Origin: Felis catus
Lineage: Eukaryota
DNA length: 64,000 nt
Assembly: GCF_018350175.1 (NCBI RefSeq)
Contig: NC_058368.1
Span: 219,420,001-219,484,000, forward strand
Reading direction: 5' to 3'
Shown here: positions 12,976 to 26,709 of the stretch, piece after piece
Numbering within the stretch: position 1 is the stretch's first letter
Layout: the number at the start of each line of letters is the position of its first letter
Notes under the pieces: model-generated
Seen by the model: only the letters and a program-made list of their open reading frames with translations
Databases searched by the model: none
Told to the model about the DNA's origin: nothing
Translations under genes and position numbers: made by a program

Positions 12976-13599
12976 TGTAAAATCATTTTATAGTACATTA
13001 TTATTTCATAGTATGTTTATAAAATTTATTTACTTTAAAAAGACATCCACATGTAGCCAGAAAAATATAAAGGTGTCCATTATTTTATGGAGCTATACTG
13101 ACATCCTTTGGTAAGGTTTTGGTCGAATACAAATTAATGTAGAGATAGATGAAAATAGAGAGATGGACAATCAGATGTTTGATAGATAAATAGAAACACC
13201 CAGATGTACTTACATCGCCCCCACACACATTTGGGCATGAAATTCAAATTTCTGAGAAAAAAAGAAAAAAAAAAGAGATTGGGTTAAGTCCGAAGTCTAA
13301 ACATTTTAATAGTATTAACTGCATATTTGAATCATGAATAAAATATTTTATCTGTAAAATATAAAAAATGCAAAGCAGATATCAAATTAAGGAGACCAGA
13401 CTGGCTCACGGACGTTCCAAAAACGAACAGCCAGGTTATGTTCTCCTATGACAAGAAGTAACAACAATAAGGTATTTGGAGAATCAAAGAAGAAAGTTCA
13501 CTGCAAGCAAAATTAAATAAAAAGCATAAACCTCAACCCAAATCACTCTGGGAACGTATCAGATCTGGTTGCAACGTGATTTGGCACTCGGCTAAATAC

Positions 13600-14060
13600 T
13601 TGTATTTCAGTAGTCTGGTGTAAGGGTGGTGCAGGAATATATATGTCAGAAGAAGTATCTATTCAAGAAGAATTGCAAGAAGCAGTCCTGTTCCTGAGAT
13701 TGCGTGACGGACACAGCCGGATTAGATTGGGCTGATTACCTTAGCCTTGAAACAGAGAGTCTTTCTGCCCTGCGGGGGAGGGGAAGCCTTTCATCCACAG
13801 CTCTCGTCTTGGATGCGCCCTCCCCTCGCATTCACTTGCAAATCGCTGTGTGCTAGCAAAAGCCGGCACTTCCCCAGTCTCTAACCTTCCCATGGCGAGG
13901 ACTGCCGCTCTATCAGCAGAACCTTTCTCTCCGCGTGAGGAAGGGCTTTTTTCCCCTCCTCTCCTTTTTCTCCCTTCCTCTTAATCAGAAGCACTGAATG
14001 AAAGCCAATCAGAGAGAGCTCGCCCCCGTTTTCTTCGGTTCCCTGCCGTCCAGAGTTGAA
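13600..14060 (+). promoter_or_regulatory. CSRNP3: Putative promoter of a + strand gene (CSRNP3-like)
   Basis: Local CpG/GC enrichment in a CpG-poor background. NF-Y-type AGCCAATCAG at 14003-14012, reverse ATTGG at 13726-13730, GC-box-like CGCCCC at 14021-14026, overlapping TTGCGTG/TGACG at 13700-13709. Repeat-free and followed by a splice donor. Gene name from recollection only. Confidence 0.65.
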
Positions 14061-14223
14061 AGTAATGCTGAGAGAAAGCTTGAGTTAGATTGGAGTAGCA
14101 TCAGTGATAGAAAATAACAGCCGAAAACAAACAAAAAGGAGACACAGTGACAATTTCTCCAGGGTTATTTTGGCTGGAACCAACTTCCGTTATCCAGAAG
14201 CTGCCAAAAAAAAAAAAAAAAAG
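14050..14223 (+). other. CSRNP3: Non-coding first exon (5' UTR); start approximate
   Basis: Follows the promoter motifs and ends in A17-G|GTAGGA (GT at 14224). Resembles my recollection of the CSRNP3 5' UTR; not database-checked. Confidence 0.6.
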
Positions 14224-17200
14224 GTAGGAAGACTTCATCTCTCCCACCTCCTCTTTTTTTTTTTTTTTCCCCCTAACCCCCTTAAGGTCTTTTATTTTCT
14301 CTCCCTGGGGGTGGGGGTGGGGGTAATGTTTGTTTTTAAGTTGTATTTAGCAATTATTTCCAAATACTTATTTTAACACATGAAGAAATTAATAAGCATA
14401 AAACTCTATATATTAGATTCTAGAAACAACGACTTTGAATATCTATGGAGGTAACGTAAAACTAGATTAAATTATATATTATGCTCAACAGTGGGTCATC
14501 ATACTAGAGTTTGTGAATTCATTCACTCTGACCAAATGCTAAAAACAGATCACGGAGTGTAATTTGTCATGCTCATACTAGTTTGCCTTTATTTTAAAAA
14601 TCAGTTGAAGAGATAACCTTGTTGCTGTGAACTCTCACATTATCTAACATTACTTTGCATTCCATACGAATGGATTCACTCTGCGCTTATTCGTAGTCAT
14701 AGTTCATTGTACGTTCAGTATAAAGAGAAATGACAGGCAGTCGACAGATTCCTTGAAACTGTCAATGGTCACTAAGCATCTACATAAATAAAAGAGATTG
14801 GCATTCATCAGAAATAGAAGAGGCATAATTCCTACGTGCACATTTCATATCTGAGTCAGAAGTGCAAGGGGAAAGATGAAGAAGGGAGACTAAATGCATG
14901 TAGTCAGCAGCATTTATTGTCTCTGCTGCAATAAAATCCATATTTTATGTGGTGTTAAATTAATGCAGCACATTGCGAGTCTAAATGCATGTCCCCAACA
15001 AGTAACTATTGATAGCACTATAAGTATGGGCAAAAGCAGTGGTCCGAAAGTGTTTTTATGTCACCACAATAGAAACCTACCATCTCCTCATCATTAAAAG
15101 GGGGTGGGGGGTACAGGTGCAATCAAAGACAAACATCATTTTGAAACTGCCCTATCATCTTTTGCTTCAAAAAAACAGAAATCTCTTTATAATAGTGGTT
15201 TTTCATCCCAGTAAAAGCTTCTGTTACCCAAAACTGCACATCCATTACTCTCAGCTGTTTGGAGATGCATTATTTCTTCTTCTTCTTCCTTCTTAAAGGC
15301 TCTATATTAAAAAATCATCTGTCCCTCTGATGCTGACAACAGTTATACTTCAATGCATATGTTGGTAGACTTTCTTCCTCCACACCATCCCCCTCCCTAT
15401 CCTTCTTTAAAATGTAGCTACAAGAGCTTCTCTGTGGTGAATAACACTTGGCAAGAGTGTGCTCATTTTTTAGGTCTGGTATGGTGAGGATTTTTAATTA
15501 GTAGAACTTTCATGAAAACATTATGTCATTGACAAGAGCTCTAGGTTCATTTTTAGTTTAAGTGATGAAGAAAACAGGAAGAGGTTGTGTCAGAGAAAAA
15601 TAGGTATATAAGTTGCATAGATCATGTACCTTGTCCCTAATGCTTGCAGTGTACGAAATGTGGCACAAATGTATTCAATGTGTAATGCATAAGTAGTTTA
15701 TGGTGGGGGGGAGATCAGGGAGTATACAAATATAAGCAGAATGTGTCTGTGTGTTTGGGACCCATCAGATACAAATCCATCCTGATGATAAAAACATAAA
15801 GAAATGCTTCCTTCGTTTCCTTTCACTTTTTTTTTTCTCCCCAGCTGTCTTTAAAGTATGAGTCGATGTCTGTTTTCAGGAAATCACTTTTTTTTTTTTT
15901 TTTGGTTTCAAATACTTGCTGCTAACAAATTGACTTTCCTGGTGAATGCATATGCCTTCCCTGACTCCAATCAAAGAATAGGATTCCATACAGTTATATG
16001 CTTTGGAAAAAACCAAACAAACAGGAAAATAAGAAAGCAACATATAATGTCTATGGCATCCACATATGTATGTATATGTAGGAGGCCAGTGGTTAAATTG
16101 CCTGGTACCTGATCAATACTTCAGATGTTATTCCTAGATGTTTATAAAAACTAGCTATTTGGTGATACCAGTACTGCACAGGTATTCGGTTTAATATCAC
16201 ACAGTTAGATTTTTACCACACTGAGATTTTCTTTAAAAAAGAAAAAGATGGAAAATTGATTTTCTATCTAGGGAGATGTACATTTCTGGCACATTATTAA
16301 GAAAGTAGTGTAATCTGAAAGGTGAATGGCTTTTTCTTGTTGAAAAAGAGTATATTTGAAACCGAAAGGTTAACTCCAAAATACGTGAACCCTGTCCAGA
16401 CTCTAATATTCATTTCGTGATCTTCATATTTAATTTCCCATATAAACAAAAAAATTGAGGCAGATAATATATTGTCTAGGGGATTTCTGGACATAGGACT
16501 TATTTCCTATGTTTCTTAACCTACTTTGCAGCAAGTGATAACACTGTGTCCTCCTGGAATATGTCATTTTTATACCAAATCATTCCGCTAGGCTGCAGCA
16601 CAGGAATATCATTAGCTCCAATGATGCTGATTCAGCAGCAAAGTGAACCATATTTTTGTTAAGTGTTATTATCAGGAAGAGTGCTGCATAGTAAGCAATT
16701 AATACAAATCATGGATATAAACCCAACTGTCTCTAGTCTAGCCCTTGGGTTTGAAAACTATTAGCCACAGTATATTGTTATTTCTACTCCGCAAATTGCA
16801 TTCTAATACTGTTACCACATTAGAAGTGCTTGTAAAATACTGAAATGAAGTAACAAAGTATAAGAAAAGAAATATAAACATTATTTGTACCAATCATAAG
16901 TAATTTTATGCAGATATTTGATCTCCAAATTTCAAGTCTATGTTTGAAAGCTCTACTTTTGATTAACCTAAAATATTATCTGATTAGGGTTTCAGGAAAG
17001 TCACTTTACTAACCATATTATATTTATTAGCAGTGCTGTCTGAAATAAACTGAAGTTAAAAGTCAGGTGGCAAGAATGGTGCCTTCCTTCTTATTAGGCT
17101 TATACTGAGCCATAGTGATATTGATAAGGCATTATACTAAGTATAATGGACCATACCCTGTTATGAATATTTTGAAAAAAAAAATCAGAGCCCAAAGAAT

Positions 17201-20200
17201 ATCATTATGAACACATATTTGAGAAATGAAAGTAAAAATAGGGTAATATATTTTCATTTTCTTGACACTTTATTCACATCAATGAGTTCACTGAAAAAAA
17301 TTTATTTTGTCATAATTAAAATAATCTGAAATATACAGGTAGAAAGAAATGTCCCAAATTTAAACATTTTAAAATCTGCCCTCTCTCTTTCTTTTTTCTG
17401 GTTAAAGCATTTGGATTATGTTCAGAGAGCACTAACATAACATTCCCTGCTTTTATCTCTAATAAGTTCAACACTCAAAATTACAGATTTTTTTTCACGC
17501 ATGAAGAACGAGAAGATTTCAATCAACAAGGAGTGCCTGTTTTCTAAGATAACAATATCAGCTCACGGTCACCTCCCTTCTCTTCTTCCCTTCTTGCTTT
17601 ACAGCAGCTTCACTTCACTTGACATTTTAGTATGAGACTTGGAGCCCTTTCAAATCCAGTCATAGTGTCTTTCGTAAGGGTATCTAAAGCATGAGGCCAT
17701 TTTTGCCTTTGCCATAACCTCCTTTGTCACTGCTCACTTCAACTAACTCAAGAGTCAAACCCTGTAAGAAAACATCTATCACATTAAAGTTGTAGATTGC
17801 TGGAAATGCATTATCCTTAATGTTATATGAACACTGATCAGTTAAATTATCTGACAGTTTTATAAAAACTGTTTCAAAAGAACTTTTGTTTAACTCTTTA
17901 TTATCAATGCAACTTCTTGCAACAAAAACGTAATTTGATTTTTTGTAAAGAATAGAGATGCTTTATTTTCACAAATGTCTTTACATTTTCATCCTATTTC
18001 TCTCTCTTGCAATGTATGTGATGGTCTGTCCTCTGTATTGCTTAGAGATATTTGTTAAACATTACCACATGGGTGGTAGATTTAAAGAAAGTGAAAACTG
18101 GAAATTGAGTAAGAATGAATAAAATGAAATTACATGCCGCCTCATTTTAAGAAGTAAAATGTAGCATTCCTTAAAAATAGTGACTGCCTTTGGGAGTTGA
18201 AATACCTTCATATAACAATCCCTTGTAGTAGAGGAATGTAGTACAGAGTTTGCCAGTAACATAAAGCACTTTACCAAACCATGTGATCTCAATATCCTCC
18301 CCGCACCCCACCCCCTTCTTTTAGAAAGTGTCCTGGATTCTCCACACTCTACCTGATGCAAAAATATACAAAGTTAAATGACCTTTGACTTCAGGACAGA
18401 ATTTAGCAATAGACTGTAAGGTATAATATAACATTCCTTCACAACAGGAAATTCATCATTAAATGACATGTCTAAACACTTCAGAGCCCTGATGATGCTC
18501 AGAAATTTTGTAGTGTGCACTCATTCTCTCTCTCTCATCGCACCTCCCTCCCTTTTTCCCTCTCTCTGTCCCTCTCTCTCCCTCCCTCCTTTGTCTCCTC
18601 CCTCACTTATGGCAGTTACAAAGATCCTTGAATGAGTTTCCCATGTGCTTTTTAAAAATATCACCCTATATGAAATAATATTTCTGTAAGTCTTGTGATT
18701 TTTATAGCCACTACCCTGTCATTTGCTATATTATACTTTTGATTTATTACATTGTACTTTGCATTATAGCATAAAGTCTATGACAGTTCAGTTGGCTGCT
18801 TCATGTCCCTTAAAATGAAAGCACTTCTTTTAGATATTATAACACCTAGGCTTTTAAGGAATTGAAATTGGCACCAATGTAGTTTACTGCACTAGCAAGG
18901 AAAGTATGGCAACTGCAGCATTTATTAACGAAATGACTTCTCCAAAGTATCAGAATGTAGAATGCATAGACATGAGTTATTATATTCAGTACATTGGTTT
19001 ATTGATTGGGAATCTTTGTTGATTTACTGTAACAGAAAATATTGAAATAGTTGGGCAGTCCTGGTTTTAAAAATAAATTAAACATAAATTACACTTTCCA
19101 GGAAGCAGTCTTTCATTAGACATGTTGATTCTTCTTTTTGCAAGACATGAATATTACCAGTTTGTAATATAAGGATGTAAACTGATATAAAATGACCAAA
19201 TGTCTTTCATAGACACTGTAAAGAACTGTCATTGCTCCTTTTTGTTTTCAGTAGAAAATTTGGGAAACGTAAACCATAACCATACTCAAGTTAAGCAGAA
19301 TCTACGGAAATTAAAATAGTCAATAAACTCAATAAAGTAAATGTTTTAACTTGGATTATTCTGATAATTCTCTGCAATGGTCATGTAGAATTTATACATA
19401 GAAGAATCAAAGTTGAAATTTTGCATAGTTATATAAACGGACCGAAGACAATCAATATGTTTGACTTGGCTATTGAGTACATTTTTTGCATAATGCTAAT
19501 ATAAGTTTTTAAAATGTGACTGGGCCTCCTTTTGTATATAACTTTGCTCCCAATAAAATCAAGTTATATCCACTCCATTTGAAAACCATGGTAACTTTTG
19601 GGATTTCTAAGAGTAAAGAATGTTTCCATAATTCTGGAATCAGACTTCACATTTAGATGAGGTTCCATAATATTTACGGATAATTTGACTTACAAGCATT
19701 GGCTATAAATTAGTAGTCCTTTACTTAGGTAGATTTGAAAATATTTGTACTATCTGCAGGACTTTAATACTTTTGTGTCCACCATGTAAATCTTCTAAAT
19801 GTGGAATATATTTATTATTTTATTTAAATTTTTGCTTAAAATAACTAAAATATTAATATTTTACTAGCTCTAACTCATTGGTTTAAATCTTCTGCTGATA
19901 AAATAAGTAATATGAATTACGTGTACTTTTAATACCAACAGTATAGTATTTTATTTGCTTTAGCAAATACATGAGGCAAATAAACCATTGGAATAAAATA
20001 ACATATATGTCAACTTATTCAATCAAATAAGCAAAACTCAAGTCCACAATGACTAACAATTAGCCCTGGCAAGTATATATGTTTTTCCTTTCTTTCATTT
20101 TTTTTCTTCTTTTGGGGCTTCTTCCTAAATCACGGTAAGTTGGGGTTTATTCCTGCTCTGTAGTCTCAAGCAGTATTTGGTTGCCAAAGTGACTTTTTGA

Positions 20201-20276
20201 TGTTTACTCTCTAGGGTGTAAAACCCACCAACATGCACATTTATTCTGTCTACATCTAGCTACTTAAATTTGAGTA

Positions 20277-20710
20277 CAGTAGTCCCCCCTTATGTACAGT
20301 TTTTGCTGTCCACAACTTCGGTTACTCACAGCCAGGCGTTATTTGAAAACAGATGACCCTCCAGACATCACAAGGTCAGTCGCAGACTGACGCTATGTCA
20401 CAGCGCCTATATCGTTCACCTCATTTCCTTTCATCATGTGGGCCTTTTATCACCTCACATTATCATATGAAGAAGAATGAGTATGGATATTTTAAGAGGG
20501 AGAGAGAGACCACATTCATCTAACTTTTATTATAGTATCGTTCTAATTGTCTCATTTTATTATTTGTTGTCAATCTCTTAATGTGCCCATATAAATTAAA
20601 GTTTATCACAAAATGTATGTATAGGTAGAATCATAGTTGGGTACTATCTGCAGTTTTCAGCATCCACTGGGGGTCTTGGAATGTATTCCCAGCAGATAAA
20701 GCGGGACTGG
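20277..20710. mobile_element. MER44-like Tigger DNA transposon
   Basis: TA|cagtagtccccccttat ... ataaagcgggactgg|TA terminal inverted repeats. Confidence 0.8.
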
Positions 20711-20870
20711 TATAAAAGCCTTTGCCTATGAATAAAAACCTATGGAAAGTCTTCATTTCTTGATCAACTCCTTCACCCAGGCTTCAGCTATTCTTTTGGA
20801 GATTTGTTCAACATTGCATCCTAAATACATGGGCCTAGAGGCATTCTTCCATCTTTCTGCTTTTTCTTTA

Positions 20871-20873
20871 TGC

Positions 20874-20906
<33 letters not shown>

Positions 20907-20909
20907 TGT
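20871..20909. repeat. (TG)n microsatellite
   Basis: Directly visible. Confidence 0.9.
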
Positions 20910-22024
20910 CTCTGCGTATATTCCTGTTGAATTGAAGAGTGGAGATTTTCTGTAGAATTTCTCTCCATGAAACAAAGGAGTTGTTTTTTTTTTTTTTTCC
21001 TACTGGACATGATTTTTGGATGGATGAAAGTAAAAATATAATGAGAACTCTACATATTGTCTAAGAATCTCTTCTGTTCGAGCTACTATGCCTTTTAAAA
21101 TACATGCCCTAATTTTTTTAATATTTAATAACTAGATAGTTCTACATTTTAAAAATTAAATTTGTAAAACTTCACTATCTTGGGAATAGGCACAAATATT
21201 CTTTTCCATACTAAAAAAATAAATAAATGTTGGGAAATGAATAGCACTAAATTTAAGTTATAATAAATCATTTCTTTACTATTTTTTTTTCTCAGAACTG
21301 GATTAGCCTCCATCATAGAATATGAAATCTGCACAAAGTGAGGGGAAAACATGTTTTCTTTTTTAGGGCAAAGCCATGTGATTGTTACATGTACAACTCT
21401 ATTGAACATCCAACCCAGTGGAGAAACTAGAGAAATGATAACCATAATTTTGACTTCAGAGAAAAAAACATTATTTCACTTCACTTGATAGGTAGGGTCT
21501 AAATCAAACCCATTTCTGGATAAGGCCAAGGTTGAAAAAAAATGTGGAAAAGAAGAACCCTGACCTTTCTAGAAACAAAGTGTGATGTCCCATATCAACC
21601 ATTGTCCTCAAAAAACTCCTTATGGAAATTTTCAATTTTTAATAGTGGCAGCAGGCTAAGCACTATGATGATGCAAAATTCGCAATAATTAATTTAACCC
21701 TTTGGTTTTAGGTTATCATATTCTTTTACATGGGTTATATTTTTCACTTTTATTTTCCTTTATAAATTTAAATAATTTCCTGGAATATAAACAATACCTC
21801 TTTCAACTTTCCCCCAGCTTCTAATTGATTTCATTTATTTTGGGGGAAGTTTCTATGAGCCAGTCCCGTCCCTTAGTGCCACATCTGGATATATAAAGAT
21901 GAATCCAAATATTGTAAACATTGTACTTGAGGAGAGGTGATTCTAATGTAAGATATTGACAACAAATACATTCACAGTAAATATTACATAAGTTATAATA
22001 GGAATCTTAGGTAGCTATGTTTTT

Positions 22025-22216
22025 TATTTTATTTTATTTTTTGAGAGAGAGCGAGCAAGTGCACAAGCAGGGGAGGGGTACAGAAAGAGAGGGAGGCACA
22101 GAATCTGAAACAGGCTCCAGGCTGGGAGCTGTCAGCACAGAGCCTGATGCAGGGCTTGAACCCACCAATCTGAGTCAAAGTCGGACGCTTAACTGACTGA
22201 GCCACCTAGGCACCTC
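22025..22216 (-). mobile_element. Can-SINE
   Basis: Reverse-complement SINE; TSD-like GTAG(C/T)TATGTTTT. Confidence 0.95.
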
Positions 22217-22640
22217 AGTAGTTATGTTTTCAATGTTTCAATTTTCATGGAATAGCAGTGAATTAGATAACAGGGTATCATTTAGTCAGTCACCTATTTC
22301 TCCACCTAACACAAAACCTTCAGTTTTGATTTTCTGTTATTTAAACTACTGAAGAAACCTTTCATATCTTGTTTCCTTCATTCATTCTTTCATTCCTCCA
22401 TTTGGTATGTATTCTTAAAGTGCCTACTGTAAGCCACATACTGCGTGAGCATCCAAAGGTCCACACATGGAGAGAGAGAGAAAAAACCAAACCTAACCTC
22501 TGCTACACTGAGGCATTAAATAAATAATCACATGATTTGTTATCATCACCCAGTTTGGGTAAGAAAGATGAGTACTAGGTACTTTTATAATGAATGACCT
22601 GGGGCTCTAATTCACATATTTTTAAAAAAATATATATTCT

Positions 22641-22792
22641 GGGGCACTTGGGTGGCTCAACTGGTTAAGCATCTGATTTTGGCTCAGGTCATGATATCAT
22701 GGTTCGTGAGTTCGAGCCTTGCAAGGAGCTCTTTGATGACAGCTTGGAGCCTGGAGCCTACTTCGGATTCTCTCCTCCTCTCTCTGCCCCTC

Positions 22793-22833
<41 letters not shown>

Positions 22834-22875
22834 AAATAAACAAACATTAAAAAAATTAAAAATAAAATAAAATTT
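22641..22875 (+). mobile_element. Can-SINE
   Basis: Head, (CT)n and A tail. Confidence 0.95.
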
Positions 22876-23454
22876 AAAAATATATTCAAAGCCACGTGAC
22901 ATCTTTCAGGAAATTGCCACAATGTGTTAGCAGATTAGTTCAAGATACATTTTTATGTAACCTCAGATTCATTCCGTGGCCTCCTCAAAGTGGGTTCTGA
23001 ATTGGTGCTTCAGTTAGGGGCCACCATCTTAGTTGGAGTTCTATGTTATACTTCTCGTTTGCAATAGACAATTGTCACCTTATAGCACGGGCTTTAAATT
23101 TGAGACTAATATTCTCATCCCAGACATGAAGCCTAAATAACAAGTGCGTATCTGAAGGCCACGTGGACCCCCAAATTCTATTGCTGAAAATTGTTGACAG
23201 AAGGTCTCACAAACCCATGAGTAATTAAAATATGCACCGGCATAGAAGCCATTGTGTTTGAAACTTGGTCACTCTGTGAAAAAGTTTCTCTGATACAATA
23301 TTCTGTTCTTGTAAGGACACCCAATGAAGGTCATGTTTAATAGGGAGGCTACACAGTGATAAGCCTACATGCGAGAAGCACTGAGGTTCCTTTCTTGGAA
23401 TGGTAAGATTGGCAAGGTTGCCTTTATTAGAATTTCTTTGATGGAGAAAAGTAT

Positions 23455-23620
23455 GGACTGTGGCACCAGGCTGTCTGGCTTCAAATCCTATGTCACTTAC
23501 CGTATATTTAATAATTAATATTCCTGATACTTTTTCATCTGTAAAATGAGGTTAATAATTACACTTACATAATAGTGCAATTATTATAATTTTTAAAACT
23601 TATAAATGTAAAATATAATA
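23455..23620 (+). mobile_element. MIR fragment
   Basis: ggcttcaaatcct...cacttac...tcatctgtaaaatgagg. Confidence 0.55.
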
Positions 23621-25749
23621 CCTGAAAATAGCTGTTCTAGTGCTATATATTCTTGTTACCTTTTATTTTTATTGGTATTATTACTACTATATGTAAATTC
23701 ATGTGATCTATGCTCTTTTTTTTAATAAACATTGAGTGTACTTTATTTTAACCATAGCATACAATATGAGTTGGACTACCACTTTAAAATTTTTGACAGT
23801 TTTAACTTGTATCCTATAATTGTAATTTTGTGCTTGAGTTGGAATGAAAAATCCTTGGTGTTTTAAGTTAGATTTTGTCACTAATTCTACTGATAACATC
23901 ATATTTTTTTCCAATTATTTTTTGTTTGAAGTTTGAATCATATATTTTCCAAAGACACAGTTTATCTATTGCTGTAATTAGAAAGGGCTCATACAATCTA
24001 CTATGGTATCTGGCAAGGGCTCAGTATATAACTGCTATAAATATATTCATTCCCTAATGATTGTGAAAATGTCAGTTGCATAAAGAGAGAATGTAACCTG
24101 AAAACTTAAATTACATTCTCAGAATCACACATAGTAATTGCATGATCTAGGTAATTGATGGACATGAATTTTGAAAATGATATAAGGACCCAAAAAGGGG
24201 ACAGAGGAGGGAGAAAGCATTAGAAAGATAGAGACTTACTGTTGTGAGTTCCATAAGCCACATAAACTCACTCAGGTGAAACATGAACCATTTCTGAATA
24301 CAGGCAGTAATGGTTCTTTTAACAGATTCTCCTTCTTGAGGTCAGAGTAATGAGAATTAGAACAAGAATGATGAACAGAGGCAGTGCATTACAGAAATAA
24401 TCCCATTAAAGTTTGGATACCCATAAATCTCAAGAATAATTCTGCAGTCTGTATTACAAGCTGAAAGGTCAGTGGACTACTGCTTTCTTAGACTAGGTTC
24501 CAGAAACTGTCTGATGAAGACATAGGATCTGCTGCAAAATGTGAAAATTCTAACAGGTTTTATTTAGATAATTCTTTCTTTTCATCCTTCATATTTAAGG
24601 TGATATGAAGATCAATTTAAAATCGCTTTTTCTTCTTCTGGCTTGGGGCTGTATATGGTAATTTAAAAGGCATGTGGAATGAATTTTATGACTTACAAAA
24701 ACAAACCAAAATATTGAGGTCATAAAACATACATTTCTGTGAGTCCATAAATATCTTTCTTTTTACAACTCCTTTTTTGAAATCCAGAATTATATCACAG
24801 TTTTCATATTTCAGTCTCATTTATAACCCGGGACTAATTAATGTACTTATTTTAGATGTTAACACATTGAAAGAATATACTTGGTAGTTTATTATCCATC
24901 CACATGTAAAGGTGAAATAAGTCATGATAGAGACCACTAAACCTAGCCAACAGATGTATTTTTGTGAACATAATAAAGATAATCCTCATTTTTGGTCATA
25001 GCTATATATTTATATGTATTATATATATATTTACTATTTAATCAAATTCACTGTATTCTTATGTTATCTTTATTAAATAAATGCTGTGATTATTTAATAA
25101 CAGTCATTTCTCCTCCTGACTTCACTATAATATTTGGATAAATGTTTTCATCTTATGGATGATTAAGATGTCTGACTTAAAATATTCTGTTAATGTTATA
25201 TATTTTAGTTTAGTAGATATTCTCAAAGTGTGTACTTTTAGAAGGAAGCCTCTAAAGATTAAAAAAAAAATTAGGCATGCTTTCTCTTTAGTTTTGAAAT
25301 TCTTTATGCTAGTGAGAAAGTTCATTAACTTGCAGGTATTTTCCTTTCATTTAGTTGGAAATCAATTGAGAATCAAATTGTGCAGAATTAGAGGAGAAAT
25401 TAATGATCAAAACCTAAGCAAAAGAAATGTTGTTGAATAATTAATTATGCAGGCCAAATAATCATTTCCCTTCAAAATCCTCCAAATTCTTTAAGGTTTT
25501 TAACCATTTGACATGTTGTTTTGAATATCTGCATTTTAAAATAATATAAATTTTATTTCAAAACTTAATTTGAAGGTTAAAATGAGTTTATGTTTCTGAA
25601 GTATCTTCCCACTTAGTAAATTACTGCTAACATTCCTAGTAAAACTGTATTCACCTCTCAAGAAGTAAAATAACAACATACTATGGTCTTTGGAGCCACC
25701 TTGTGGCCACATCATAGTACATTAAGGAATGCTCTCTGGTTTCAGATTC

Positions 25750-25980
25750 TTTTAAAAAAAAATCTTTTTTTAGTGTTTATTTAGTTTTGAGAGAGAGAGA
25801 GAAAGGTAGAATGAGTGGGGGAGGGGCAGAGAGAGAAATAGGGAGACACAGAATCTGAAACAGGCTCCAGGCTCTGAGCTCTCAGCACAGAGCCCTATGT
25901 GAGGCTCAAACACTGAATGGCAAGATCATGATCTGAGCCAAAGTCTGACGCTTCACGGACTGAGCCACACAGGCGCCCCC
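25750..25980 (-). mobile_element. Can-SINE
   Basis: Reverse-complement SINE ending in ggcgccccc. Confidence 0.95.
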
Positions 25981-26031
25981 AGATTATTTTCTAATTAATC
26001 ATTACACCTGGAAGCATTGAAATCAATGAAA

Positions 26032-26130
26032 GAGGTCCCTGGCTAGTTTAGTAGGTAGAGCATGTGACTATTGAATTCAGAGTTGTGGGTTCAAGCCCCT
26101 CCATTGGTTGTGGAGACTACTTTAAAAAAG
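26032..26130 (+). mobile_element. Short tRNA-Lys-derived carnivore SINE
   Basis: A-box-like tggctagtttagtaggtagagc, B-box ggttcaagccc, no CT tract, A tail. Confidence 0.75.
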
Positions 26131-26145
26131 TAAAATAGAAATATT

Positions 26146-26353
26146 TTAAAAAAATTTTAACGTTTATTCATTTTTGAGAGACAGAGAGTGTGCAGGGGAG
26201 GGGCAGACGGAGGGGGAGACACAGAATGTGAAGCAGGCTCCAGGCTCTGAGCTGTCAGCACAGAGCCTGACACAGGGCTCCAACTCATGGATGGTGAGAT
26301 CATGACCTGAGCCGAAGTCGGACGTTTAACCGACTGAGCCACCCAGGCGCCCC
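26146..26353 (-). mobile_element. Can-SINE with 15-bp TSD
   Basis: TSD TAAAATAGAAATATT at 26131-26145 and 26354-26368. Confidence 0.97.
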
Positions 26354-26544
26354 TAAAATAGAAATATTAAAAGAAAAAAGAAACAAATATGAACATAAGG
26401 GCTATATAGTAGTACTAAAAATAGATCATTTTTACATTAATTCAATTTAATTTTTATATATCAGTGTGAGGTTGTAAAAATATCGTTTTGAAAAAATGTA
26501 AATAAAATATTTTAAACAACACTTTTGAGGAAATAAATAATTTT

Positions 26545-26709
26545 TTAGATTTTTTTTTAAGTTTCTTTATTTATTTTGAGAGAGAGAAAGAGAATCCCAA
26601 CAGGCTATACACTGCCAGCACGTGGGGCTGGAACTCACGCACTGTGAGATCATGACCTAAACTGAAATCACAAGTTGGTTGCTTAACCGAGGAGCCACCC
26701 AGATGCCCC
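26545..26709 (-). mobile_element. Can-SINE (short, older)
   Basis: Reverse-complement SINE. Confidence 0.9.

Noticed and set aside
14104..14376. ORF with a poly-lysine run at the promoter
   Set aside because: GTG start, the Lys run is the A17 tract, and the frame reads through the splice donor into intron.
14050..15860. SYT1 alternative promoter as the gene identity
   Set aside because: The short UTR exon I recall just downstream of that promoter is not present here.
26032..26110. Functional tRNA-Lys gene
   Set aside because: Degenerate stems and an A-rich tail indicate a retroposed SINE.
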